A stretch of 63,207 nucleotides of DNA, counting the filler, from a bacterium (lineage in GTDB: Bacteria; JAJRZV01): the NCBI GenBank assembly GCA_024275095.1. It is 8 parts of 8 records of this genome, joined end to end, with 100 filler letters (N's around TTAATTAATTAA, not from the genome) between each part and the next. Parts side by side here need not be neighbours in the genome. Positions count along the whole stretch, not along the records: positions 28,328 to 33,491 come from JAJRZV010000106.1; positions 33,592 to 37,209 come from JAJRZV010000107.1; positions 37,310 to 42,424 come from JAJRZV010000109.1; 5 more parts are not named here. One strand, 5' to 3'. Positions within the stretch are counted from its first letter, which is position 1. Each line of letters begins with the position of its first letter. The notes beneath the pieces were generated by a model. It was not told the DNA's origin, made no database searches, and saw nothing but the letters and a program-made list of their open reading frames with translations. The position numbers and the translations under genes were made by a program. This document shows, piece by piece, positions 31,585-40,891 of this stretch.

Positions 31585-32565
31585 ATGATTGTACACATAC
31601 ACAAGCTTCCCGTGCCGTGGCCGCCTTTTGAAACGCATGTATATCTTATTGGTGCGAAAGGGAAAAGCTGGATATTGATAGACACCGGCTTTCCCTCGGA
31701 AAATGGATTCTCCGAGCTTCTCTCCTTTCTTGAAAAGCACGGTGGGATTGACACCCTTGAAGCAGTGGTGCTCACTCACGGCCATCCTGACCACTACGGC
31801 AATGCATTCCGGCTGAAAGAACTGAAGCCTGAAGTGCAGGTGTTCGCTCACGGAGACGACATCAACAGGGTGGTTCACCTGCCCAAGGAGGAGCGCCGCC
31901 GGGCTGCAATCATGGGCCAGGACTATCTGCTGCGCAATGGAACGCCGGAGGACCGCCTGGACATTGTTTCCAGCCAGTCGCGCTCTTATTTCACCCGGCG
32001 CTACCAGCTTCTCCCGGAGGAAGTGCAGGCACTCGATGAAGAGCTGAGCGCAGGAGGCCTGGTGCTTCGCGTGTTCCCTGTGCCGGGCCATACGCCCGGC
32101 CACATTGTGCTTTTCCACGAGGGAACCGGCTCGCTTTTTTGCGGGGACCACCTTTATCCCAAGGGCGTGCCCGTGCCGCTTCTTTACTTTCCCGTGCCTG
32201 AAGAGCGTTTTCGCAACCTTCCTGCCTGGTTGAAAAGTCTTGAAATCTTTGAGATGCTCCAGCCCGGCACTGTTTACCCGGGACACTTCGGACCTTTTGA
32301 AAACTGGCGGGAAATACTCCAGAAGGTTCGCAGCCGCACCGAACGCAAAAAGGCGGCAGTGCTTGAAATTCTCAAGCAGGGTCCCCGAACGGTTTACGAC
32401 CTTGGAAAGGAACTCTACCCCGGGATCCCGGATGAATTCTGGTCCTTCCGTTTTTCAGAGGCCCAGGGCTTTCTTGACGTACTGGAAGAGGAAGGCCTGG
32501 TAGAACAGGTGAGAGAAGGAGAAAAAACCTATTACCACCTTTCGGGGTCTGGTCTCAACATTTGA
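31585..32565 (+). CDS. MBL-fold metallo-hydrolase with C-terminal winged helix
   Basis: THGHPDHYG, PGHTPGH, GDHL, YPGH; last codons come from the repeat at 32543. Confidence 0.9.
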   Translation: MIVHIHKLPVPWPPFETHVYLIGAKGKSWILIDTGFPSENGFSELLSFLEKHGGIDTLEAVVLTHGHPDHYGNAFRLKELKPEVQVFAHGDDINRVVHLPKEERRRAAIMGQDYLLRNGTPEDRLDIVSSQSRSYFTRRYQLLPEEVQALDEELSAGGLVLRVFPVPGHTPGHIVLFHEGTGSLFCGDHLYPKGVPVPLLYFPVPEERFRNLPAWLKSLEIFEMLQPGTVYPGHFGPFENWREILQKVRSRTERKKAAVLEILKQGPRTVYDLGKELYPGIPDEFWSFRFSEAQGFLDVLEEEGLVEQVREGEKTYYHLSGSGLNI

Positions 32566-32569
32566 CATT
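32543..32569 (+). repeat. Dispersed repeat core CGGGGTCTGGTCTCAACATTTGACATT
   Basis: Identical to 42292-42318 and to the reverse complement of 37416-37442; 24/27 to 60834-60860. Confidence 0.9.
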
Positions 32570-32629
32570 TCGGAATTTGTACGGTGCTGATGCAGCGCGT
32601 TACAGTTGAGCGAGGAATCCTTCAGAGCT

Positions 32630-33139
32630 TCATTTTAAATTGAGGATAACGGTTTTAACCTGGCCGTGTTGTTTTATGCGTAATTTCAGATCTTTCGAGT
32701 CCTGCGCCACTTCAAAAACCACGTAAAAGATGCGGGACAGTCCCGGTGGAATGCGCTCCCAGTCTAATACCGCGGCTCCGCGTGGCACGTAGAACCTCTG
32801 GCCGGGATAGGTATTAAAGACTCTTTTCCTGGAATCTACGAGGTCTATACCGCTATCTCTCACCATTTCTGCTTCCCGGCCCTTGTTCTTGATGGAAATT
32901 TTTATCAGCACAAAGTAGCCTTCCGTTCGGGCATCTTCCACGAACATGTTGTTGGACGGAGCGTAACCGCCGAGGTTTTTCGCGGCGAGTATCTTCCATT
33001 CCAAATCCCCGGTCCTGACTGCTTCCCCCTTTTTATAAAGTCTTTCAGCAAATGCCCGGCCTGTGCTTGAAAACATAAGCACAAAAAGTGTGACTCCGGC
33101 AGCACGTATCACTTTCCTTTGCCTCAGATAATCAATCAT
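32630..33139 (-). CDS. DUF4352-like exported protein
   Basis: Signal peptide; G.FVLIKISIKNKG, LVDS..R.F, IPPG.....VVFEV pattern. Confidence 0.7.
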   Translation of the reverse strand: MIDYLRQRKVIRAAGVTLFVLMFSSTGRAFAERLYKKGEAVRTGDLEWKILAAKNLGGYAPSNNMFVEDARTEGYFVLIKISIKNKGREAEMVRDSGIDLVDSRKRVFNTYPGQRFYVPRGAAVLDWERIPPGLSRIFYVVFEVAQDSKDLKLRIKQHGQVKTVILNLK

Positions 33140-33488
33140 TATGCACCTCCTGTAAAAAACCAGATGAAAATGGTTTTGTATACTTCACGGCATTTGGTGA
33201 CCCGAATATCACCTTCAGGTCTCTCATTACGTCAATGGCTACGTTTTTGTTGTAGTTGATGACCATTTTGTCCAGGCGAAATGCATCAACGATCCACCAT
33301 ATGCCCAATCCAGCGGAAGTGAGCCAGAAAAGAAACTGTATCGTCCAGTTCTTGAGATACGCGTAATGCCACCCCAGAAGAAGCCATAACAGCACTGCAA
33401 TCGCCAGGGATTTTCTCCTCCGCGTAAACTCGTCAATGAACATTTGTTGCTCCCGTGGTGATAGCTTTGCCAGTTCTGCGTGTACCAT
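33132..33488 (-). CDS. TM2 domain-containing membrane protein (may be 5'-truncated)
   Basis: KSLAIAVLLWLLLGWHYAYL...LFWLTSAGLGIWWIVD. Confidence 0.85.
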   Translation of the reverse strand: MVHAELAKLSPREQQMFIDEFTRRRKSLAIAVLLWLLLGWHYAYLKNWTIQFLFWLTSAGLGIWWIVDAFRLDKMVINYNKNVAIDVMRDLKVIFGSPNAVKYTKPFSSGFLQEVHND

Positions 33489-33491
33489 GGC

Positions 33492-33591
33492 NNNNNNNNN
33501 NNNNNNNNNNNNNNNNNNNNNNNNNNNNNNNNNNNTTAATTAATTAANNNNNNNNNNNNNNNNNNNNNNNNNNNNNNNNNNNNNNNNNNNN
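33492..33591. other. Artificial contig linker
   Basis: N44-TTAATTAATTAA-N44. Confidence 0.99.
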
Positions 33592-34296
33592 ACAGGTAGT
33601 GCATACTGGTGCATCCTGGGCTCCCTTGAGAAATGCCTGGCCATGTGTGCTCTCTATGTATTTTTTGTAAATATCCTTGTGACATTTGCCACATGTTTTC
33701 GGAACGTTAAGGCGGTTGATTTTAGATGCCGGGGAGGAGCCCGGTTGAATGTTATGCGAACCATGGCAGTCAGAACAATTGGCTGCTCCGAGGTCTCCCT
33801 TTTCCAGAACAGCCCTTCCATGAACTGAACGAATATACGATTTGAAAGGTTTTTTTATCGGAATGTTGCGCTCTTCAACAACTTTTTCATCCTCGTGGCA
33901 CCGTGCGCATGTCCGGGGAACATTTGACCTGAATGCGGGGGATTCCGGATTATCCGGTGGAAGTACAGGGTGATAACCGTGACAGTCCTGACAGGTAGCA
34001 TTGAGAGAGCCAGTGTGCTTTTTGTGGTGTATTGATGGTGTGAATTCTTCCTCGATATCTTCGTGGCATTTTCCACAGTTAACAGTAAGGACGTTATCCG
34101 GATGAGCTTCACCTCGTTTAAACGTGTGGCAGCCCGTGCAGCCTTCTTCAGCGTGAGTCCACGAGCCTGTCATCTCAATATCATCGTGGCAGGTCTGGCA
34201 CCTGGTGCCTCTGGCGAAGGAGACGCTGGATATCCCTGCTGCGAAGAGGAAAAAGGTCAGAACAGGAAGGGCTTTTGTCAATCTTACCTGATACAT
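33592..34296 (-). CDS. Periplasmic multiheme cytochrome c, 3'-truncated
   Basis: Signal peptide; seven CxxCH motifs plus a partial eighth (CTTC) at the contig end. Confidence 0.92.
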
Positions 34297-34466
34297 GAGA
34301 TTTCACCTCCTGACCATTGAGTCATCTACAATCTTTTCAGTTGTACCCGCACCCGCGAAAGAACGTTCAGTCCAATTTTTTTACAGACAAAGTGTGTATA
34401 AATCGTGGTTTCGTTGTCATACAATAGGAAAGTCCATAAAATGATACAATAAAATTCATCAGCAAA

Positions 34467-34555
34467 GGAGAGGTGCCGGAGTGGACGATCGGGGCCGGCT
34501 CGAAACCGGCTATCCCCCGCGAGGGGGATCGTGGGTTCGAATCCCACCCTCTCCT
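34467..34555 (+). tRNA. tRNA-Ser(CGA)
   Basis: GGAGAGG/CCTCTCC acceptor stem, GCCGG-CTCGAAA-CCGGC anticodon arm, long variable arm, GGTTCGAATCC T-loop; CCA not encoded. Confidence 0.95.
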
Positions 34556-34569
34556 GTAAAAGGGATCGG

Positions 34570-34980
34570 CCGATAAGGAAGAAAAGAGGTTCGGGTACGG
34601 GTATGCAAGAAAAGGAAGTTTTTACGGTTACAAAAGTGTAAAGATTTTTGGGGAGTTGTAACTGGTATGGATCCTGAGTGTGAGCCTGAAATTTCAAACG
34701 TCTTCTGTGAGATGTGTAGTGCTTCATTATAGTAATAGTAATGCATCCCTTCCTTACTTTGCACTGGATGAGAATCACCAATTTAATGCTGACTGCCGCG
34801 CAGGTACTGTGGATAGAACATACGATGGCATTAATGCGTTTTCGTCGGAGTCCAAATAGGAAGCTGGACACCCTGATAACCCATAGGGGGTTTATTACGG
34901 TTGGGTTAATAAAACCAGGAATGCCAGGGCAATACCCCTTATGTCTCCTGTGCAGCCAGGATTTTTTATATGACTCGTAA
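34570..34980 (+). pseudogene. Possible degenerate DDE transposase relic just downstream of tRNA-Ser
   Basis: Broken frames give DKEEKRFGYGYARKGSFYGYK and VDRTYDG, resembling IS5/IS982-type DDE motifs; no intact ORF. Confidence 0.35.
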
Positions 34981-35067
34981 ACCTCGGTGCAAAAAAGTCT
35001 TGACCTTGTTTGATTACTTTTGTAAGAAAGAGTTCATAATATGGTAACCATTTTAAAGGAGGCTGCC

Positions 35068-35520
35068 ATGCCAGAAACCATTAGAGCCATCGTTCCTATT
35101 GCCTTCACCTACAAGAATCGCGCAGGTAAGTTTATACAGCGCTATCTCGATGGATTGAAAGAAGCCAAAATTCTTGGAGCAAAATGTCCCTCCTGTGGAA
35201 ATGTGTATGTTCCTCCCCGATCTGCGTGTGGAAGGTGTGCGGCTGAAATTACAATTACAGATGTTGTGGAGGTTGGCCCTGAAGGCGTAGTGGAGGAGTT
35301 GACCGTCGCTCATGTGAAAGTAGAAGCTGGAGAGTTAAAGAAACTGGATTCGCCCCAGGTGCTTGCAATGATTAAACTGGAAGGGGCTTCATCCACGATA
35401 CTTGTTCCAGTGTTGAATGATCCAGAAAAGGTCAAACCTGGAGTGCGGGTGAAACCTGTATGGGCCGAGGAGCGAAGCGGGGAGTACAGTGACTTGAAAG
35501 GTTTTGAAATTATTGAATAA
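35068..35520 (+). CDS. Zn-ribbon/OB-fold protein (DUF35, ChsH2 C-terminal-like)
   Basis: GAKCPSCGNVYVPPRSACGRC, GVRVKPVW. Confidence 0.92.
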   Translation: MPETIRAIVPIAFTYKNRAGKFIQRYLDGLKEAKILGAKCPSCGNVYVPPRSACGRCAAEITITDVVEVGPEGVVEELTVAHVKVEAGELKKLDSPQVLAMIKLEGASSTILVPVLNDPEKVKPGVRVKPVWAEERSGEYSDLKGFEIIE

Positions 35521-35530
35521 GGAGGAAACG

Positions 35531-36682
35531 ATGTCCGCAAAGGTAGCGATTGTTGCATACGCGTGTTTGAAAAATGAGAAGGATAATCCCCTGTCCCGGG
35601 AGAGAATGTATTACAAGCTGGCCAAGGAAATTTACGAAAAGGCGGGTATCGACCCCGATGGAGTCGATACATTTGTACTCTCCAGTAATGATTTCATGGA
35701 TGGGCGCACTATTTCAGAAGTATTCCTGGTTCAGAGGATCGGAGCTTACATGAAAGACGAAACAAAGGTGGAGGCCGATGCCCTCAATGCCCTCATGTAT
35801 GCAGCCATGCGCATCATGTCCGGCAACTATAAAACCGCTCTGGTCGTTTCGGCTTCAAAGGCTGCATCAGAGTTCAAGCCTCTGCTCGTACAGAACCAGG
35901 CCCTTGACCCTGTTTACGAACGTCCGAGAAACGTTCTCAACACTCTTTCAGGTGCAGCCCTTCAGGCAAGATTGTACATGAATCGTTACGGCGTGGACGA
36001 AAAGTGCTTTCACCTTTTCGCAGAGAAGAATTTTTCATCTGCTCGGTTAAACCCCCTGTGCATCGAGGACATCGAATATGGCTCGGAGAAAGAAGTGGAG
36101 TCCAGTGAAGTCCTGTATGAGCCCATCAGACGCGGGCATCTGCCACCTTTTGCCGATGGTGGTTGTGCTGTTCTCCTTGCATCTGAGGATGTGGCAAATA
36201 AATTCACTGATAAGCCCGTGTGGATTAAAGGGATGGGGTATAACTGTGATACCTACTATCTGGGTGACCGGGACCTGGTAACCCTTCCTTCTCTGCGTGC
36301 AGCCGCACAGCAGGCCTACAAAATGGCAGGGATATCTGATCCCGTGAAAGATTTGAGTCTTGCCGAGGTTTATACTCACGCGGCAACAGAAGAACCCGTC
36401 ATTATAGAGGGGCTTGGCCTGAGCGAAGATGGTAAGGCCGGGCGTGAAGTTACAGACGGGCGTTTCAGCAGGGACGGAGAGATCCCGGTGAATCCTTCCG
36501 GTGGGGTTTTTATCGGTCATCCGTATAATGTATCAGGATTGATGTTGGCCCTTAATGCAGTGATACAGCTGCGGGGGGAAATGGAAGAGGAGCTCCAGGT
36601 GAAGAATGCAACCACTGCTGTTGTACACTCTCAAGAGGGTGTGTGTGCCCAGTTTAATACTGTCGTTGTTCTTGGGATATAA
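35531..36682 (+). CDS. Thiolase-family (SCP2-thiolase/Ltp-like) protein
   Basis: ADGGCAVLLASE, PVNPSGG..GHP; canonical N-terminal catalytic Cys not evident. Confidence 0.88.
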   Translation: MSAKVAIVAYACLKNEKDNPLSRERMYYKLAKEIYEKAGIDPDGVDTFVLSSNDFMDGRTISEVFLVQRIGAYMKDETKVEADALNALMYAAMRIMSGNYKTALVVSASKAASEFKPLLVQNQALDPVYERPRNVLNTLSGAALQARLYMNRYGVDEKCFHLFAEKNFSSARLNPLCIEDIEYGSEKEVESSEVLYEPIRRGHLPPFADGGCAVLLASEDVANKFTDKPVWIKGMGYNCDTYYLGDRDLVTLPSLRAAAQQAYKMAGISDPVKDLSLAEVYTHAATEEPVIIEGLGLSEDGKAGREVTDGRFSRDGEIPVNPSGGVFIGHPYNVSGLMLALNAVIQLRGEMEEELQVKNATTAVVHSQEGVCAQFNTVVVLGI

Positions 36683-36700
36683 GCAAAGGGAGGTTGAACC

Positions 36701-37209
36701 ATGGCGAGAAATGTAGCTGTCATCAGCGTGGGATACAATGGAAGGTTTGTGAGCAAAAGACCTGATATCAGCATTCCGGAACTGCTTCAGCCCGCTGTTC
36801 AGAATGCACTCAGCAAGACAAAGGTAAAACCAGAAGACGTCCAGGCGATCGTGATGGGAAACATGCAGACATTTGAAGGTGTTAATTCTCCTCACCTCTG
36901 GGCCAGTGAACATATCCTGGGCACCGGGAAACCAGTCATGCGGATTGCTACAGGTGGAACAACGGGCATGTCTGTCTTTCACTGCGCGTATTATCACGTG
37001 GCATCGGGAATGTATGATGTGGTTATGGCTATTGGCTGGGAAAAACACGATGAGGGAGATGCACAGGTGGGTTTGGGTGGTATTCTTCTTCCTGAGGTGT
37101 TCGGGCTTATGCATTTTGGTCCTGATATTGCTGGGGGGCGTGGTACAGGTATTGGCGCTGGCGGGGGAGGTTCTACAGGTGGGGCCTCTTTTCAGGCGCT
37201 CAGCTATCT
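36701..37209 (+). CDS. Second thiolase-family protein, 3'-truncated
   Basis: NVAVISVG, RPDISIPEL, GKPVMRIATGGTTG, VASGMYDVVMAIGWEK. Confidence 0.85.
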
Positions 37210-37309
37210 NNNNNNNNNNNNNNNNNNNNNNNNNNNNNNNNNNNNNNNNNNNNTTAATTAATTAANNNNNNNNNNNNNNNNNNNNNNNNNNNNNNNNNNN
37301 NNNNNNNNN
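37210..37309. other. Artificial contig linker
   Basis: N44-TTAATTAATTAA-N44. Confidence 0.99.
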
Positions 37310-37450
37310 GACCCAATCTCGGGGTATCAGTGCTTGCGAGCGAATCTCCTGCAACGCGGGAGGCGAGCAAAGCAACCTACACCCACCGCCGGTAAAACCC
37401 CGGCCTTGAACCCCGAATGTCAAATGTTGAGACCAGACCCCGGAATTTCG
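37310..37450 (-). repeat. 141-bp repeat at contig start, inverted copy of 42284-42424
   Basis: Direct base-by-base reverse-complement match. Confidence 0.95.
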
Positions 37451-37514
37451 ATTTTTGATTATACAAACCTCTGTCTTCTATCCTGTGGCGGAGAATGCAA
37501 AGAGTAATAATTAA

Positions 37515-37599
37515 TGCCGAAGGGGGGAGTCGAACCCCCACGGGAATAACTCCCACCAGATCCTGAATCTGGCGCGTCTACCAATTCCGCCACTTCGGC
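37515..37599 (-). tRNA. tRNA-Leu(CAG)
   Basis: Minus strand GCCGAAGTGGCGGAATTGGTAGACGCGCCAGATTCAGGATCTGG...GGTTCGACTCCCCCCTTCGGCA. Confidence 0.96.
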
Positions 37600-37639
37600 G
37601 CACACTTTATTTAAAATGTAAAGGGTGCATGTTTAAATA

Positions 37640-38506
37640 TCAAGTCTTAACCACGCATACAGGGACAAAGGTGTGCCTGAGTACTTTTTCTGTGATGTTC
37701 CCCCATAGCCATTTAAGGATGCCTTTTCGCGTATGTGAGTTCATGAATATCATGCTCTGGTCGCTGGTTTCCGCAAAATCCACAATTTCGCGCTCTATAT
37801 CTCCCTCTTTACTGAAACGAACTTCAACTTTGACCTCGACTTTTGTTTTTTTACGGCGAAGTACAGAAGAGCAGCGTTTAAAAACACGTTCTTCAAGAGC
37901 GGTAAGTGTTTCAGGAGGAATGTCTATGTCTCCTGTGGATACTACGTGAAAAAGGGTGATGGTTGAGCCGGTGTGCTCACTGATTTTTATTGCGAGGTCC
38001 AGTGCCTTGAAAGATGGAGGTGTGAGGTCTGTGGGGACAAGTATTCTGTCAAATCTCGGAGTGCCGGCGTTTGGAGGGATTCCAAGTACGGGAATTGATG
38101 ATGACTGGACAACACGTGAAAACGTGCTGCCGGTAAATAGAGACTCCAGTGCTCCTGCTCCTTTCACTCCCAGAATAATAAGACGTGCTCCTTCTTTTTG
38201 ACTCTCTTCCACAATGGCTTCCCAGGAGCGTCCTTCCAGCACCCGGCTGTTAGAACGCAGGCCTTTGTCTCTCGCTCTTTTTACGTACTGTAAAAGTTTT
38301 TCATTGATTTCAATTGCTCGTTCCTGTTTGGCTTTTTCAATCAGTTCTTCGTCTATAAGCGGATGTTCCACAGGTACAAGCACGTGTCTTACCAGAAGTT
38401 CCGCGCCCAGCCTTTCAGCAAGAGCAAGAGCCCATTCAAAGGCTTCATCCGCAGGATGTGAGAAATCTGTTGACCACAGAATTTTTTTAAATTTCAGGGG
38501 CGGCAT
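37640..38506 (-). CDS. Tandem universal stress protein
   Basis: KKILWSTDFS..., GSTFSRVVQSS; RILVPTDLT..., GNITEKVLRHTFVPV. Confidence 0.93.
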   Translation of the reverse strand: MPPLKFKKILWSTDFSHPADEAFEWALALAERLGAELLVRHVLVPVEHPLIDEELIEKAKQERAIEINEKLLQYVKRARDKGLRSNSRVLEGRSWEAIVEESQKEGARLIILGVKGAGALESLFTGSTFSRVVQSSSIPVLGIPPNAGTPRFDRILVPTDLTPPSFKALDLAIKISEHTGSTITLFHVVSTGDIDIPPETLTALEERVFKRCSSVLRRKKTKVEVKVEVRFSKEGDIEREIVDFAETSDQSMIFMNSHTRKGILKWLWGNITEKVLRHTFVPVCVVKT

Positions 38507-38656
38507 GTTGACCTCCTTCTTGCAAGGCCTTTTTTATTAAGTATAAATGAGCAATTAACATTAAACCAGCAAATGTTTTATACACTGTTGTAATTAAGGG
38601 GCTCACCGGATTAAGCATGCTGGCGTTTTCGCAGATGTGTATAAAAGTTTAATGCT

Positions 38657-39825
38657 TTATCGTATAAAATCGTGAATGTTCCTGCAGCAAGTATCATTAT
38701 GGCCCAGTGTCCGGGAATGACATATCGATTTTCTATCTACATGGATGGGCAGGTATATACCAATATTATACATCCATACCCAGAAAGGCAGGATCGTTTT
38801 GTTTATCTGGTTGCGAAAAATATAAAGTCCTGTGAGACCTGCAAGATTGATCAATATTATGGGAAATCTAAGGCACAATTCTATCAAAAAAGAAAGAGGA
38901 TATTTAATGGGATACAATATAATATTTGTTTTTGAATTCTTTTTGTACTCCCATAATGATACGAACCAGGGGTGGCGGACACTGAATGGTAAGACAGCAC
39001 AACCGCCCAAAATTATATCTTTTATTCGCAACATGATGACTTTGAAATAATATCCCGGATGATTTCTGATGAACTCTTTTGCTTCTTTCCTAAGGTTTTT
39101 TTCACATTCTTCGACCAGAACAGATGGTGAACACCGAGAAAAAGAGGATAGAAGAATACCGTAGGACGAAACAATGAAAACAAAGCCGTAAAGAAGCCCA
39201 GAAGAAGAATAAAAGAATTTTTATTTTTTTCAAGATGTAGAACGAAACGTACAGGCCTGTAATGAGTGCCCATGCTGCAAACACATCACGATTGGCCAAG
39301 CAGGAAAAGAAGATATACAAAGGAAAAATTGCATATATAAAGGCTGCTGTCTTCGCTGCCCGCGGATAGCTGAATACAAAGAAAGCTATGCGAAAGATAA
39401 AAATAATCGTTAAACTGTCAAATACAATTTGTAAAATTTGCAAAGGAATGTACGATCTTGTTGATGTAATTTTCCATATTCCGGCTAATAGTACAGCGTA
39501 ACCCCACGTGTCAGTAATCAAGGGTTTTTAAAGGGTCCTTTTTTAGGAAACTATTTTTGAGCATCCAGAAGTCAACATTGGCTTTAACTTTTTTGTTATA
39601 AGAAGCTGCTTTCTCTAAAAATGGGTGTCTAAAACCAAACCCCTGCCACTTGCGAGATTATCAGCAAGTTCATACAGTGTTAGCATTCTGCCAGTGTTGA
39701 AAAGTGTATCATGAAAGAAATAAAGCCCTGCTATTCGCAGAATAATTCCTATTACTATGGTATAAAATAAAAAAACGCCGAAATGAATTTACTGCGCATG
39801 TGTTATTTGTTTCTTCTGCGTGCAT
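38657..39825 (-). pseudogene. Frameshifted membrane glycosyltransferase (GT-C/ArnT-PMT-like)
   Basis: AT-rich; fragments in different frames (YELADNLASG.G, GYAVLLAGIW, LQIVFDSLT, AAFIYAIFP, LFRP, PWFV) fit a multi-TM GT-C protein; start approximate. Confidence 0.6.
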
Positions 39826-39991
39826 GAAAAAAATTTATCTTTGATTTCAGGGAAATGACAGGGTTTAAAATACACTTTTGGAGAGTTAAATAATATTTTC
39901 TTCAGTCATACTTTGAAGGCCAAAAACAGACAGGTGGGAAAATGTCACTGTGAGTGATACTATATAAACCTGTATATGTAATGAGGGGGAA

Positions 39992-40891
39992 TTGATGAGC
40001 GAGATAGAAAAAATCAAAGAACAACTGAAAACAGCGGATTACATTGCAGATGACAGAATCGCTACAGCGGTATTTCTGCTGAGAGAACTGAAAAAGCCGC
40101 TTATTGTTGAAGGGCCTCCGGGGGCGGGAAAAACAGAACTGGGTAAGGCTCTCGCCCGTATTGAGAATGCAGAACTGATCAGACTCCAGTGCTACGAAGG
40201 TCTTGATGTAAACCATGCAGTGTACGAGTGGGAGTATTCCAAACAGATGCTGTATGTGCAGATGCTACGCAGTAAGATAGATAGTCTTGTAAAAGACGCA
40301 GGGACACTGAATGAAGCATTGAAAATCCTCGAGAGAGAGGGGATTTCGTTTTTCTCCGAGAAATTTCTTGTAAGAAGGCCATTGTTGCGAGCCATTACAG
40401 GATCAGGAACTGCCGTACTTCTTGTAGATGAGATTGATAGAGCTGATGAGGAGTTTGAAGCGTTTTTGCTGGAACTGCTCAGCGACTGGCAGATTACCAT
40501 TCCGGAGATCGGTACGGTGCATGCAGAGAGGCAACCATACGTGGTGATTACCAGCAATGCAGTAAGGGAACTTTCCGATGCACTTCGCCGCAGGGCCCTG
40601 CATCTTTTTCTGGATTTTCCTTCCATAGAACGTGAAAAAGAAATACTCATACTGCACGTTCCACAGATTGAAAATGAACTCGCTCAGCAGGTTGTAGAGT
40701 TCGTTGCTCAATTGAGAAAAGTGACCCTGAAGAAGCCGCCTTCTCCCAGTGAAACCATTGACTGGGCACGAGCTCTGACGCGCCTGGGCATAAGGGAATT
40801 AAATAAAGAGGTGGTTCGCAACACCATCTCCACACTCGTCAAGCATCCCCAGGATCTGAAGACACTGGAAAAGGAGGGCCATCTTCATTGA
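39992..40891 (+). CDS. MoxR/CoxD-like AAA+ ATPase
   Basis: EGPPGAGKTE, RLQCYEGLD, LVDEIDRADEEFEAFLLE, LSDALRRR. Confidence 0.93.
   Translation: MMSEIEKIKEQLKTADYIADDRIATAVFLLRELKKPLIVEGPPGAGKTELGKALARIENAELIRLQCYEGLDVNHAVYEWEYSKQMLYVQMLRSKIDSLVKDAGTLNEALKILEREGISFFSEKFLVRRPLLRAITGSGTAVLLVDEIDRADEEFEAFLLELLSDWQITIPEIGTVHAERQPYVVITSNAVRELSDALRRRALHLFLDFPSIEREKEILILHVPQIENELAQQVVEFVAQLRKVTLKKPPSPSETIDWARALTRLGIRELNKEVVRNTISTLVKHPQDLKTLEKEGHLH

Noticed and set aside
30695..32286. Minus-strand ORFs of 296 and 313 aa
   Set aside because: Antisense shadows of the acyl-CoA dehydrogenase and MBL hydrolase genes
34326..34871. 181-aa minus-strand ORF
   Set aside because: Runs antisense through tRNA-Ser; not protein-like
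37515..37599. Prophage or integrative element at tRNA-Leu
   Set aside because: No integrase and no duplicated tRNA 3' end (att site) visible in the window
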